64,000 nt of DNA from Thermoguttaceae bacterium. Its GTDB lineage: Bacteria; Planctomycetota; Planctomycetia; Pirellulales; Thermoguttaceae. The DNA lies in NCBI GenBank assembly GCA_050949645.1, contig JBMNGC010000001.1, forward strand, positions 558,963 to 622,962. The letters are read 5' to 3'. Shown here piece by piece: positions 28,093 through 36,904 of the stretch; position 1 is the stretch's first letter; each line of letters starts with the position of its first letter. The notes below the pieces were generated by a model. The model did not search any database. It was not told the origin of the DNA and worked only from the letters and a program-made list of their open reading frames with translations. Made by a program: the position numbers and the translations under genes.

Positions 28093-30445
28093 CGACGCGT
28101 TCAAATGTCCAGACGCCAGAACCGATATCTGAGAGTTTCCAATACGCGCCCTCGCGCTCGGCGTTGGCGACGCGGTTGCCATCGACGGATAGGACGTCGT
28201 CGTCAGAGACGGCGGGGAGATAGACGACGGCTTGGATATTGCCGGGAACGTTGACTGTAAGCAGGAACCGATTCGTCTCTCTTTGATCGACCTTAACCTC
28301 AATCGGTCCACGAATCGTTGGAACGATTGCTTCGACATTTTTCAGGCTGGCGACTTGCGGCTTGATCTGGATCGTTGCGCATCCTGGCGACGTCGGTTCA
28401 ACTCCGACGAGTTTTCTCGGGATGATATTGGCGGGCGCCGCGCCCCACGCGTGATTCCAGTCCTGATTAGGCTTGTAGCGGTCGTCCCAAGCTTCCATTG
28501 AGATCGTCGAACCCGCCTTGAGCATATTAAGCCATCCTCGCAATCCTTCGGCTGTCATGATTGCAAGTCCATAGTCGGCGTTATTGCCCTGATAAGTCGC
28601 ATCCAATAAAAATTGAGCGCCGTAGACGCTGCACGCTACCCCGCGCGACTCAACAAACTTTGTCACGCTATCTATGTGTTCTTCGGGCGTAAGTCCAAAA
28701 GCGAGTGCGAACATATTCGCATGCAACGATGCATGATCGGTCGCGTCGCCGTCCTTATAAACGCCGCGTGTTGGATCGAAGAAGACCTCCTGGTAGGATT
28801 TTCGGACCTTTTCGATCTGCGCTGCAAAAAACTCCTCGTCTTCTTGCTTGCCGAGGAGCTCCGCGAATTTTTTCATTGAGTTGAGCGCGAAGTAATGATA
28901 TGCGTTAACCACAGCGTTAAAATCGTTGAAAACGTAGCCGTCCGTTTCTCCAGATTCCTCATTCTCGTTGCCCGCGAGCCCGCTGTGCGGCCAGTCGACG
29001 ATATCGCGGAAATTAGAACCTTTAAAATGGATGGAGTCAAGAACCTCGGGAGTGAGCTTGCCCTTAAGCGTGCTGATTAGCCCATTGTCTTCCGCGAGCG
29101 CGATAAGCGACTTTGCTTTAAGGTCGTCGTAATATTTGGCAATGCTGCGTGGATCGCCCGTGTAGAGATAGTCGTACCATGCCATTTGGACGATTTGCAG
29201 GTTCCATTCCGTTGGCCAGGTCGGATGGAAGATCATATATTCTAGAGAGAAGCGCGCGAGCGTGTATTCGCGGTCAACCGCATAGTGACTGAGCTGGTTA
29301 AGGAGGGCGTCTCCCTCGTAGGGAATACGTTCTCTGTCGCCGTCGAGGTAGACGCCGGCAAAACTCGTCGCCTCGATGGAGTAGCTGCATAGATCCCAGA
29401 CGCGATTGAGCGCGTCGGAGTCGCAGTGGAAATAGGAGAGGGAGGGATCAAAGGGATAAACGACCGTCTCGCGTTCGACGCTCACCAGTTTCGGCGCGCT
29501 TTCACTTCGAATAATTGACGAGTCCTCGCTTTCGGAGGGCAGAAGTTCTACTTCCGCATACCGGAACGGCATGACTTCGCCGACGTAATCGGGCATGAGG
29601 AACGCCGCGCCCGACGTGTTGCGTTTGTCAACGCGCGTTTTGATCGCATACTCTTGAATGCCGGGGAGAAGTCGCAGCCGATATTCCCAGTAGCGCGTTG
29701 TGCCCTTGGGATGACGGTCAACGGCGCCATTTGCCGTTCGTTCACCAAGTCGAACCAGCGCGACGTAGCCAGATCTAGGCGCGTCGATCTTAACGCGTAG
29801 TTGCCCGAAGGACGCGCGCCCAAAATCGATGAATGTCGTTGATTTGTTAAGCTTCGACGTTTTGACAGGCGTATCCGTTTTCTTGACGAGGGGATATCGG
29901 GAAACCTCATATTCCTTGAGTTCATCGGCAGTTTTAAACGCTTTGATCTCCGACCACTCAGAAGCTTCGTCTCTTTGATTCCAAACTTTGACGCGCCAGT
30001 AATAGAGAGTGGAGCCTTCAAGAGGTTTTTCGGCGTCGTAAGGAATCGCGGTCGAAGAAGATTGGGCGACTTTGCCAGTGTCCCAAAGCAGTCCTATTTC
30101 ATCAGGGGCGTCGAAGGCGTTTAGCGACGCTGCAAGTTGAATTTGGTACGCGCTTTGCATCGTGTTTTTTTCCGGCGAAGGCACGATCCACGAAAAGGAA
30201 GGGCGAGACGAACGAATTTCGACTGTCTGAAGACGTTCGATGGCTGACGGAAGCTCGTCGAGCGTGAGCTGGGTCGGAAAACCGTCGCGCCAAACGACGT
30301 CGGTCTTTTCAAGGAGATCGACAAGGAGTCCCGACGGACCGTCGTAGGCTGACGTTATGCGGTTCGCGTTTAGAAGGACCGCGCAAACTAGAGACGCTCT
30401 CAAGCATAGTATGAACGTTTTTTTAAGGCGAGTGTTGCGGAACAT
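28085..30445 (-). CDS. Alpha-L-rhamnosidase (GH78)
   Basis: Signal peptide present. The N-terminal GH78 signature region is SAYQIQLAAS...LWDTGKV...YYWRVKVW. The central part has (alpha/alpha)6 length and composition. The stop region overlaps the methyltransferase stop region by 8 bp (convergent). Confidence 0.85.
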   Translation of the reverse strand: MFRNTRLKKTFILCLRASLVCAVLLNANRITSAYDGPSGLLVDLLEKTDVVWRDGFPTQLTLDELPSAIERLQTVEIRSSRPSFSWIVPSPEKNTMQSAYQIQLAASLNAFDAPDEIGLLWDTGKVAQSSSTAIPYDAEKPLEGSTLYYWRVKVWNQRDEASEWSEIKAFKTADELKEYEVSRYPLVKKTDTPVKTSKLNKSTTFIDFGRASFGQLRVKIDAPRSGYVALVRLGERTANGAVDRHPKGTTRYWEYRLRLLPGIQEYAIKTRVDKRNTSGAAFLMPDYVGEVMPFRYAEVELLPSESEDSSIIRSESAPKLVSVERETVVYPFDPSLSYFHCDSDALNRVWDLCSYSIEATSFAGVYLDGDRERIPYEGDALLNQLSHYAVDREYTLARFSLEYMIFHPTWPTEWNLQIVQMAWYDYLYTGDPRSIAKYYDDLKAKSLIALAEDNGLISTLKGKLTPEVLDSIHFKGSNFRDIVDWPHSGLAGNENEESGETDGYVFNDFNAVVNAYHYFALNSMKKFAELLGKQEDEEFFAAQIEKVRKSYQEVFFDPTRGVYKDGDATDHASLHANMFALAFGLTPEEHIDSVTKFVESRGVACSVYGAQFLLDATYQGNNADYGLAIMTAEGLRGWLNMLKAGSTISMEAWDDRYKPNQDWNHAWGAAPANIIPRKLVGVEPTSPGCATIQIKPQVASLKNVEAIVPTIRGPIEVKVDQRETNRFLLTVNVPGNIQAVVYLPAVSDDDVLSVDGNRVANAEREGAYWKLSDIGSGVWTFERVAK

Positions 30446-30657
30446 GATTTTGTTTCTTTGCGGTAAAGGTCTTTGGATGCAGCGCCGAAAATGTTTCGGC
30501 AGACGCTTAACGACTTGTTGATTTTAACGATAGACAAAGGCGTTGTAAACCTTTGACGGCGAGACGTCGATTTTCTATGCTCTAACGCAAAGAGTCAAAT
30601 GGGAGCAAATAATATTCTAATAACGCTGGTTTTAACGTCTGTATTACATAATCGCGG

Positions 30658-30685
30658 TTGACTCTTACGCCTAAAATGTTATAAT
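30658..30685 (+). promoter_or_regulatory. Near-consensus sigma70-type promoter with extended -10
   Basis: TTGACT (30658-30663), a 16-nt spacer ending in TGt, then TATAAT (30680-30685). It lies about 135 nt upstream of tRNA-Ser. Confidence 0.5.
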
Positions 30686-30820
30686 CCCGCAGTCCTTTAG
30701 TCGATGAAGCTATGAGCATTTAGCGAGCGTTTTGTTTTGCTTCAACACTGAACGCTGGGCTTGTCGATAGAGGAAGGTGATTTTGCAGTCGGTTGCGATT
30801 GTAAGAATCGTATGATCATT

Positions 30821-30908
30821 GGATGGATGCCCGAGTTGGTTTATGGGACCGGTCTTGAAAACCGGCGAAGGTTTACGCCTTCCGCGGGTTCGAATCCTGC
30901 TCCATCCG
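30821..30908 (+). tRNA. tRNA-Ser (anticodon UGA), class II with long variable arm
   Basis: Acceptor stem GGATGGA / TCCATCC. Anticodon stem CCGGT / ACCGG with loop CTTGAAA (anticodon TGA at 30856-30858). Variable arm GAAGG-TTTACG-CCTTC. T arm GCGGG-TTCGAAT-CCTGC. Discriminator G. No encoded CCA. Confidence 0.9.
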
Positions 30909-30984
30909 CTTCTTTTTCAATGTGTTGACGCTGACGTTCGCCTCGTCGGCGCGCGTCTTTCGTCATGAACTGGAAATAAGATTC

Positions 30985-32184
30985 ATGAGCGTAGAGAAAC
31001 AGGCGTTATTTTGTTCTAGGCGGACTATCGGTCTTATATTCTGTCTGACTGTCTTCTGTTACTGTCTTTTACAGACTACTAGCAGCTATGCTCAACCGGA
31101 ACCCGGACGGAAAATTGCACACACCGTTCGATCCGTTCCTGACGTCCTTTCCAGACCGCTGCGTCCTATTTTCGACGCTCCGGAACCGTTGACTCCTTTT
31201 TCCGTTTTCATCCAGGAACCCCAGTTTGATCGAGCTGTTTCTCGAGCTCTTTACAACGTGGGCGTCACAGATATCTTCTGGCGTTCTCGAGAGGGCAAAA
31301 ACTACTCGGCTCTTGTCTATCATCCGACGAGTCAGCCGGCGTCTGGAACGAAGTTTTCGGTGATCGTCTATTCGCATGGACTCGGCGCTTCGGCGCAAGA
31401 TTTTTCATATCTTGGTCAAGCGTGGGCGTCGCGTGGCGTTGTGGCGATCATGCTCCGCCATCCGGAGTCGGACGGTTCGGTCTGGCGCGGTCGTGTCAGA
31501 CCGATGGCGCAGCTTAAAGAAGCGTACCACCGATATTGGCACGGACGCGATCGCGCGATGGCGATTCGATCTGCGATCGATTTCGTTTATGCGGCGCACT
31601 ATGATTCCGGACCAATGGGCGCGGACGTCGATCTCAATAAAATAGCGGTGGCAGGGAACGACCTTGGCGCGCTTGCGGCGCTTCTTGTTGCCGGACAACT
31701 TCCTCCTGACAATGGCCCATCCCTTAAAGACGAGCGCGTCAGCGCCGTCGTCGCTCTTTCACCGCCAATCTATTGCGATGAAAAACTAGGACCCGCCGTC
31801 TATGCTGGAATTACGGCGCCTCTCATGGTCGTTACGGGCACGCACGACGACGGGATCGTCGGATCGACGAAGGCATATCAGCGACGGCTTCCTTATGACA
31901 GCGTTCGATACAGCGATCGTTACCTTGTCGTTCTTATCGGAGGCGATCATCGCTCGTATGGGCGTCGCTGGGCTGGTCAGCAATCGTCGTCGTTCCACGA
32001 TACGATCGGCACGGAGACGGGCGATTTTCTTTCTGCCTATCTCATGAACGATTACAGCGCGCTGATGGCGATGCGCGAGTACGGCGCGGCTTCCGCCATT
32101 TCCAACGCGATGATTGAAAAAACTCTCGTTCCGCTCCGCATTCGCGAGCATGAATCTGGCGGCGTTGCGACGAGCGCCCAATGA
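30985..32184 (+). CDS. Secreted alpha/beta hydrolase (PAF-acetylhydrolase/dienelactone-hydrolase-like)
   Basis: The track start at 30922 abuts the tRNA, so I prefer ATG 30985, which gives a signal-like segment. Fold landmarks are VIVYSHGLGAS, the nucleophile-elbow position GNDLGA, THDD and GGDHRSYG. Confidence 0.65.
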   Translation: MSVEKQALFCSRRTIGLIFCLTVFCYCLLQTTSSYAQPEPGRKIAHTVRSVPDVLSRPLRPIFDAPEPLTPFSVFIQEPQFDRAVSRALYNVGVTDIFWRSREGKNYSALVYHPTSQPASGTKFSVIVYSHGLGASAQDFSYLGQAWASRGVVAIMLRHPESDGSVWRGRVRPMAQLKEAYHRYWHGRDRAMAIRSAIDFVYAAHYDSGPMGADVDLNKIAVAGNDLGALAALLVAGQLPPDNGPSLKDERVSAVVALSPPIYCDEKLGPAVYAGITAPLMVVTGTHDDGIVGSTKAYQRRLPYDSVRYSDRYLVVLIGGDHRSYGRRWAGQQSSSFHDTIGTETGDFLSAYLMNDYSALMAMREYGAASAISNAMIEKTLVPLRIREHESGGVATSAQ

Positions 32185-32337
32185 ACTCTAAACGAGTGCA
32201 AAACTTTAAAGCGGTTTTTATTTGCGGCGGCGCCTAATTTTTGATCGGTCGCTCGACTGAGTTAGCCTGGACTGATTTTGATTTAAACAGAAGGCTGTTT
32301 TCTTTTTGAGTTTGACGGGTTTTGGACCGATTTGGAC

Positions 32338-32366
32338 TTGTCTTTCAGACGTATTTTTTCTAGTAT
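32338..32366 (+). promoter_or_regulatory. Candidate sigma70-type promoter upstream of the LptD-like gene
   Basis: TTGTCT, a 17-nt spacer, then TAGTAT. It lies about 160 nt upstream of the ATG at 32530. Confidence 0.3.
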
Positions 32367-32529
32367 CCTGAGAGTCTTTCTCTTACTCAGACGGAGCTTC
32401 GTAAGGAGAGGGAAAGCGATTGTAAACGTTGCGAATCTTGTAGGGACGTTTTAAACATGGAGGCGCCGAACGCCCCTGGCAGATCGCAACGTTGTGACGC
32501 AGAATACCTGAATCGCCCTTTGTGATTGT

Positions 32530-35500
32530 ATGTCGTTGCGACGTTGCCTCGCAAATGCTTTGGATACGCGATTGCAAGATCGCCGTTCCTTCTTGGAACG
32601 CGCGACTGCGGCGGCGTTGCGCGCGAGTGGCGTTTATGCGCTTTTCTTTCTAGCGTTATGCGTCGGCGTCATTGGCGCCGCCGAACCACTTTACGACTCT
32701 AACGCGCCATCTTCTTTTCTGAGCGGCGCTGGGGACGGACGCTCTTACGACGACTCTTCTTCTGGACTACTGCAAAATATGCTTGCGCCGGAGGCAGACG
32801 GCGCGCTAGAAAATATTGCGCTCGATCCTCTTTCGAATGAAAACCGTGCGCAAGCGGATCGGTATGAAAAGAAGACGATCGGTTCTTCAACCATTTACGC
32901 TCCGTCGCCTTCGGTTAACGCCGATCCAATCGTGATCTCTGCACAATACGGTTGGAAAGGGGCGTCCGACGAATACGGAGAGGTCTACGTCCTTTACGGC
33001 GATTGCCATGCGACGCAGGGGGAGGGCAATGCTTCCGCGCCTTGCGGCGTCGTATGGATTGCTCGAGATCAGCTTTTATCGTCGAATGGCGCTCAAGTGT
33101 ACGGAACCGTCGTGTGGGTTTACCTTGCGGAAGACGAGTCTGGCACGATTCAACTCGATCTTAATTCTGTCTGCACTTACGCTAAGTCGGACAAGCGGAC
33201 ATGGCTCGGTCGTTTCACGTCTCTTAAAGACGTCGAGCTGCATATTGCGTTTCCTGGCGAGAATCAGCTTCAGCCCGACGAAATCTACGAGCTTGCGCTC
33301 CGATCTCTCACCGCCGCCGTCAACGTGTCTCCGCACGGAAGCCTCTTCGGTCAGAGCGCGACTCCAGCGCCCGATTATGATGGCGCCGCCTTGACGCCGA
33401 GCGCGCTCCAGAACTCAGAAATCTCGCTTAGAACAGACGACGGCGTTCTCGGGTGGAGCGCAAACGGAGACGGCGACGCCGTTGTAACGATCCCCGAAAC
33501 ATCTCTTGTCACTGAATATGCGCAGAGTATCAAGCCGACGACAGAGAACGCTCCGCGTAGACGGTTGAGGTTCTCGTCGCGATATGACCAGGAATATTCG
33601 ATCTCTGGGATGCAAGGCTCTGACAAAGGAGATGGAAAGAGCGTTTTTGTAATTTCCAACGGATTCACCCTCGTTATCCAGGGGTTGGGACTCAATGACG
33701 AAACGGTGGGCGATACCCTTGAGCTTTCCGCAGATCAAGCGATGGTCTGGGCAGGCGATATGGAGAACCTCGGCAATATCACAACGTCGAGCGACGCCGA
33801 CTTGGAAATCTATCTCGATGGAAACGTCGTTTTCAGACTTGGCGACAACGTTGTCTATGCCGATAGAATGTACTATGACGTGAAGAATTATGTCGGTATC
33901 ATCGAAGACGCCGAAATGTACGCGCATGCGCCAGACGACGAAGACGCCGTTTTTCGTCTTGGCGCCAACAAAATTACGCAACGCGGTTTGAGTTCCGTCT
34001 ATGCCGATGACGCGTGGGTCACCACGAGCAAAATGGGACGTCCGAATTACCGGCTCCAGGCAGACTCGCTCATAACCGAGTCGAGCAGCGTTCCCCTTCG
34101 CGACGCAGCGACGGGACAGATGCTAGTCGACCCCGTGACCGGTCGTGTCAGAACCGACAACAAAACGTATGTCATTGCGGAAAATAACTTCGTCACCGTC
34201 GGAAACTTGCCAGTCCTTTACTGGCCTTGGATGGCGACTGAAATCAATACGGACCGTTCACTTTACCTACGAACTCTGAAGGTAGGACATGACGGAGCGC
34301 TAGGAACGCAAATCCTTACCTCATGGAATCTTTACCAGATTCTTGGGATGTCGAAAAGCCGTCCCAGCGGCACGAACTGGGATCTGAATTTGGATTATCT
34401 TTCTGAACGCGGATTCGGACACGGTTCGACCTTCGAATATCAACGCGACTCTCTCTTCGGTTGGGACGTCCGCGCGTTCGGTCTGCTGAACTATTATGGG
34501 ATCAGCGACTCAGGACGCGACAACCTTGGTTACGGACGTCGTTCGATGGATTTTGAACACAAATATCGATATCGCGGTATTTGGAAGCACCGCCAAGAGC
34601 TAGGTTCTCTTGGTTACGGGTTTGGCCTTTTTGACGATTGTTGTATCCGCGATGGCTGGACATTCACCGGACAGTTCGGTAAGTCGAGCGACCGTAATTA
34701 CTTGCCTCAGTACTTCGAAGAAGAATGGAATACCGGTTCTAATCCTCTTACCAGCCTTGAGCTCAAGAGGACGGTGAATAATCGTTCTCTTAGCCTTATG
34801 GGAAGTTTTAGAACCGACGACTTCTATACCCAGACGAGCTGGTTGCCGCGTCTCGACCACTATTGGCTAGGTCAGGCGCTTGGCGAGACTCCCTTTGTCT
34901 GGTATGAACACACCAAAATCGGTTATGGACAATTCCGAACGGCTGATTCGCCTTACGACGCCACCGATCAGGATCTATTTCGATACCTCGACTGGGAGCT
35001 TTCGCCAGACTCTTTAAACAATTACGGCCCCGACGCATTGACGCTCAAAAAGGAGAGCTTCGTTTTTTCGACGCGTCATGAAATAGATCTCCCGCTCCAG
35101 GCCGGACCGATCAAGGCGACTCCCTACGCGCTTGGCGAATATGGTTTCTGGGGGCGCGGCGTTGACGACAAAGATATCAGCCGTGTCTACGGTCAGCTTG
35201 GCCTGAGACTCAATCTGCCGATCTGGAAAGTTAACTCCGGGATTGAGAGCAAAACGTGGTACGTGAACGGCCTTGCGCACAAGATGAATTTTATCGTTGA
35301 CGCTTCTTATACAGATTCGAGTAAGAACTACGACGATCTGGTTCTATATGATCAGATTGATGATTTCCAGATCGAAGATTTCCGCCGACGCTACTCCGTC
35401 ACGACCTTTGCCGGTCAGGGCGCGGGTTACTCCGATTCAATTCCGTTACGCTTTGACGAACGTTATTACGCTATTCGTTCCGGACTCCTTGCCGGCAACG

Positions 35501-36117
35501 TTTCATCGCCGTCGACAGAGCTTGTCGACGATTTGACATTGGTACGATTAGGCTGGAACAACCGTTGGCAGACAAAGCGTGGTCCGGAAGGCGCGCGTCG
35601 AGTTGTCGATTGGATTACATTCAACGCGGGGTTAAACCTCTACCCGAAGAACGAGCAGAATTTTGGAAAGGTACCAGGTTTCCTCGATTTCGACGGGGTC
35701 TGGCAGGTCGGAGATCGCTTTGCAGCGCTCGCCTCCGGGATATACGACGTCTGGGGAACGGGTCAAAAGATCACGCGTTTAGGCGTTCAACGCCGTCGAC
35801 CTGGCTTGAGTTCGTGCTATCTCGGGATAGACCGCCTCGACGGTCCGATCGACTCGACTTATCTGAATTTCGGACTAACTTACCGTACGTCTGAATGCTG
35901 GGGAATTGGCTTTAGCAACTCCTATGACCTGAGCGAAGGTTATAACATTGGTCAAAAACTTACCGTGAGTCGAATTGGAGAATCCCTTATCTTTACACTT
36001 GGCGCGAACCGTAATGAAAGTAAAGACAATTGGGGCGTAAGTCTTTCCGTCGAACCGGTGTTTATGTTTGATCGAGGTAAAAAGGAAGAGGGGATTCTCG
36101 GACTCGGAACAATGTAA
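32530..36117 (+). CDS. lptD: LPS-assembly outer-membrane protein LptD-like (OstA N-terminal domain plus large beta-barrel)
   Basis: Signal peptide present. The OstA-like segment is ADQAMVWAGD...LEIYLDGNVVFRLGDNVVYADRMYYDVKNYVGIIEDAEMY...AWVTTSKMGRPNYRLQADSLI. The C-terminal ~700 aa have alternating aromatic/Gly beta-strand character. At 1195 aa it is unusually long. Confidence 0.55.
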   Translation: MSLRRCLANALDTRLQDRRSFLERATAAALRASGVYALFFLALCVGVIGAAEPLYDSNAPSSFLSGAGDGRSYDDSSSGLLQNMLAPEADGALENIALDPLSNENRAQADRYEKKTIGSSTIYAPSPSVNADPIVISAQYGWKGASDEYGEVYVLYGDCHATQGEGNASAPCGVVWIARDQLLSSNGAQVYGTVVWVYLAEDESGTIQLDLNSVCTYAKSDKRTWLGRFTSLKDVELHIAFPGENQLQPDEIYELALRSLTAAVNVSPHGSLFGQSATPAPDYDGAALTPSALQNSEISLRTDDGVLGWSANGDGDAVVTIPETSLVTEYAQSIKPTTENAPRRRLRFSSRYDQEYSISGMQGSDKGDGKSVFVISNGFTLVIQGLGLNDETVGDTLELSADQAMVWAGDMENLGNITTSSDADLEIYLDGNVVFRLGDNVVYADRMYYDVKNYVGIIEDAEMYAHAPDDEDAVFRLGANKITQRGLSSVYADDAWVTTSKMGRPNYRLQADSLITESSSVPLRDAATGQMLVDPVTGRVRTDNKTYVIAENNFVTVGNLPVLYWPWMATEINTDRSLYLRTLKVGHDGALGTQILTSWNLYQILGMSKSRPSGTNWDLNLDYLSERGFGHGSTFEYQRDSLFGWDVRAFGLLNYYGISDSGRDNLGYGRRSMDFEHKYRYRGIWKHRQELGSLGYGFGLFDDCCIRDGWTFTGQFGKSSDRNYLPQYFEEEWNTGSNPLTSLELKRTVNNRSLSLMGSFRTDDFYTQTSWLPRLDHYWLGQALGETPFVWYEHTKIGYGQFRTADSPYDATDQDLFRYLDWELSPDSLNNYGPDALTLKKESFVFSTRHEIDLPLQAGPIKATPYALGEYGFWGRGVDDKDISRVYGQLGLRLNLPIWKVNSGIESKTWYVNGLAHKMNFIVDASYTDSSKNYDDLVLYDQIDDFQIEDFRRRYSVTTFAGQGAGYSDSIPLRFDERYYAIRSGLLAGNVSSPSTELVDDLTLVRLGWNNRWQTKRGPEGARRVVDWITFNAGLNLYPKNEQNFGKVPGFLDFDGVWQVGDRFAALASGIYDVWGTGQKITRLGVQRRRPGLSSCYLGIDRLDGPIDSTYLNFGLTYRTSECWGIGFSNSYDLSEGYNIGQKLTVSRIGESLIFTLGANRNESKDNWGVSLSVEPVFMFDRGKKEEGILGLGTM

Positions 36118-36517
36118 CACGTAAGTGTTGCAACGGTCTCCGACAAGGTATATTCTTGTCTCTATCGTTTCTATTGAACGTTATTAACGTTGGTCGACGG
36201 GGTACAGATACAATCGTCTCTAGAAATCAATCGACGAAGCGGTTCCTTATGTCGAAGCAACCGAGAAATTTCTTCTACGTATCTTTGCCGCCTCACGACG
36301 GCAGGAGCCCATCGAATGAGAGTATCCGGCCCTGTCGCAACATGATTGTTTATCCCTCTTCATCTTCGATAAAGGCGCCGTGAACTGAAAGGCGCCGGCG
36401 TTTTATAAGGGCGTTGCATTTATTGAATATGGTCAAGCTTTCTGTTATACTACTGAGCGCTGAGACGAGGTCGTCGCGTTTGAGCCTCGTCACAATGTTT
36501 ACCGCGAGGCTGACCCC

Positions 36518-36904
36518 ATGAAAAATGAACACCTGACTAATCTTTTGCACTACAGCACGGTTAGCGCTGGACGAAGGATAGCGCAAATAGCCGTTGTACT
36601 GTCGCTTTTGCTTTTGACAGGATTACCCGAGGCTCTCGGATCCGACGAACAGATCGTTAAGATTCAAGTCGCATCTGATTCCCAGAACGAAGGTTACGAG
36701 GCGCGCAAGGCGTTTGACGGCGATCCGAAGACATTCTGGCATTCCCAATTCTCGCAGGCTCCATTTGAGCAGGCTGCGATTCCGATCAGGTGCGGCTATG
36801 CTACAGGGTGCATTGACGATCATCCAAGCGGATTTTGTCGCGTAAATATAGCCCGAATAAGCCTTTCGAGCTTCGAGTCGATTTGGGCGACGTTTATGAG
36901 CTGA
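36518..36904 (+). CDS. 5' fragment: signal peptide plus the first half of an F5/8 type C (discoidin) domain, out of frame with the downstream ORF
   Basis: Signal-like IAQIAVVLSLLLLTGLPEALG, then VKIQVASDSQNEGYEARKAFDGDPKTFWHSQFS, which is a typical discoidin N-terminal half. Beyond about 36770 the frame reads as atypical sequence and stops at 36904. Confidence 0.55.
   Translation: MKNEHLTNLLHYSTVSAGRRIAQIAVVLSLLLLTGLPEALGSDEQIVKIQVASDSQNEGYEARKAFDGDPKTFWHSQFSQAPFEQAAIPIRCGYATGCIDDHPSGFCRVNIARISLSSFESIWATFMS

Noticed and set aside
36817-36901. Programmed -1 ribosomal frameshift as the explanation for the split discoidin gene.
   Set aside because: No X-XXY-YYZ slippery heptamer occurs in the zero frame within the permitted window, and no obvious downstream stimulatory hairpin is present. 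I kept it only as a formal possibility in the finding.
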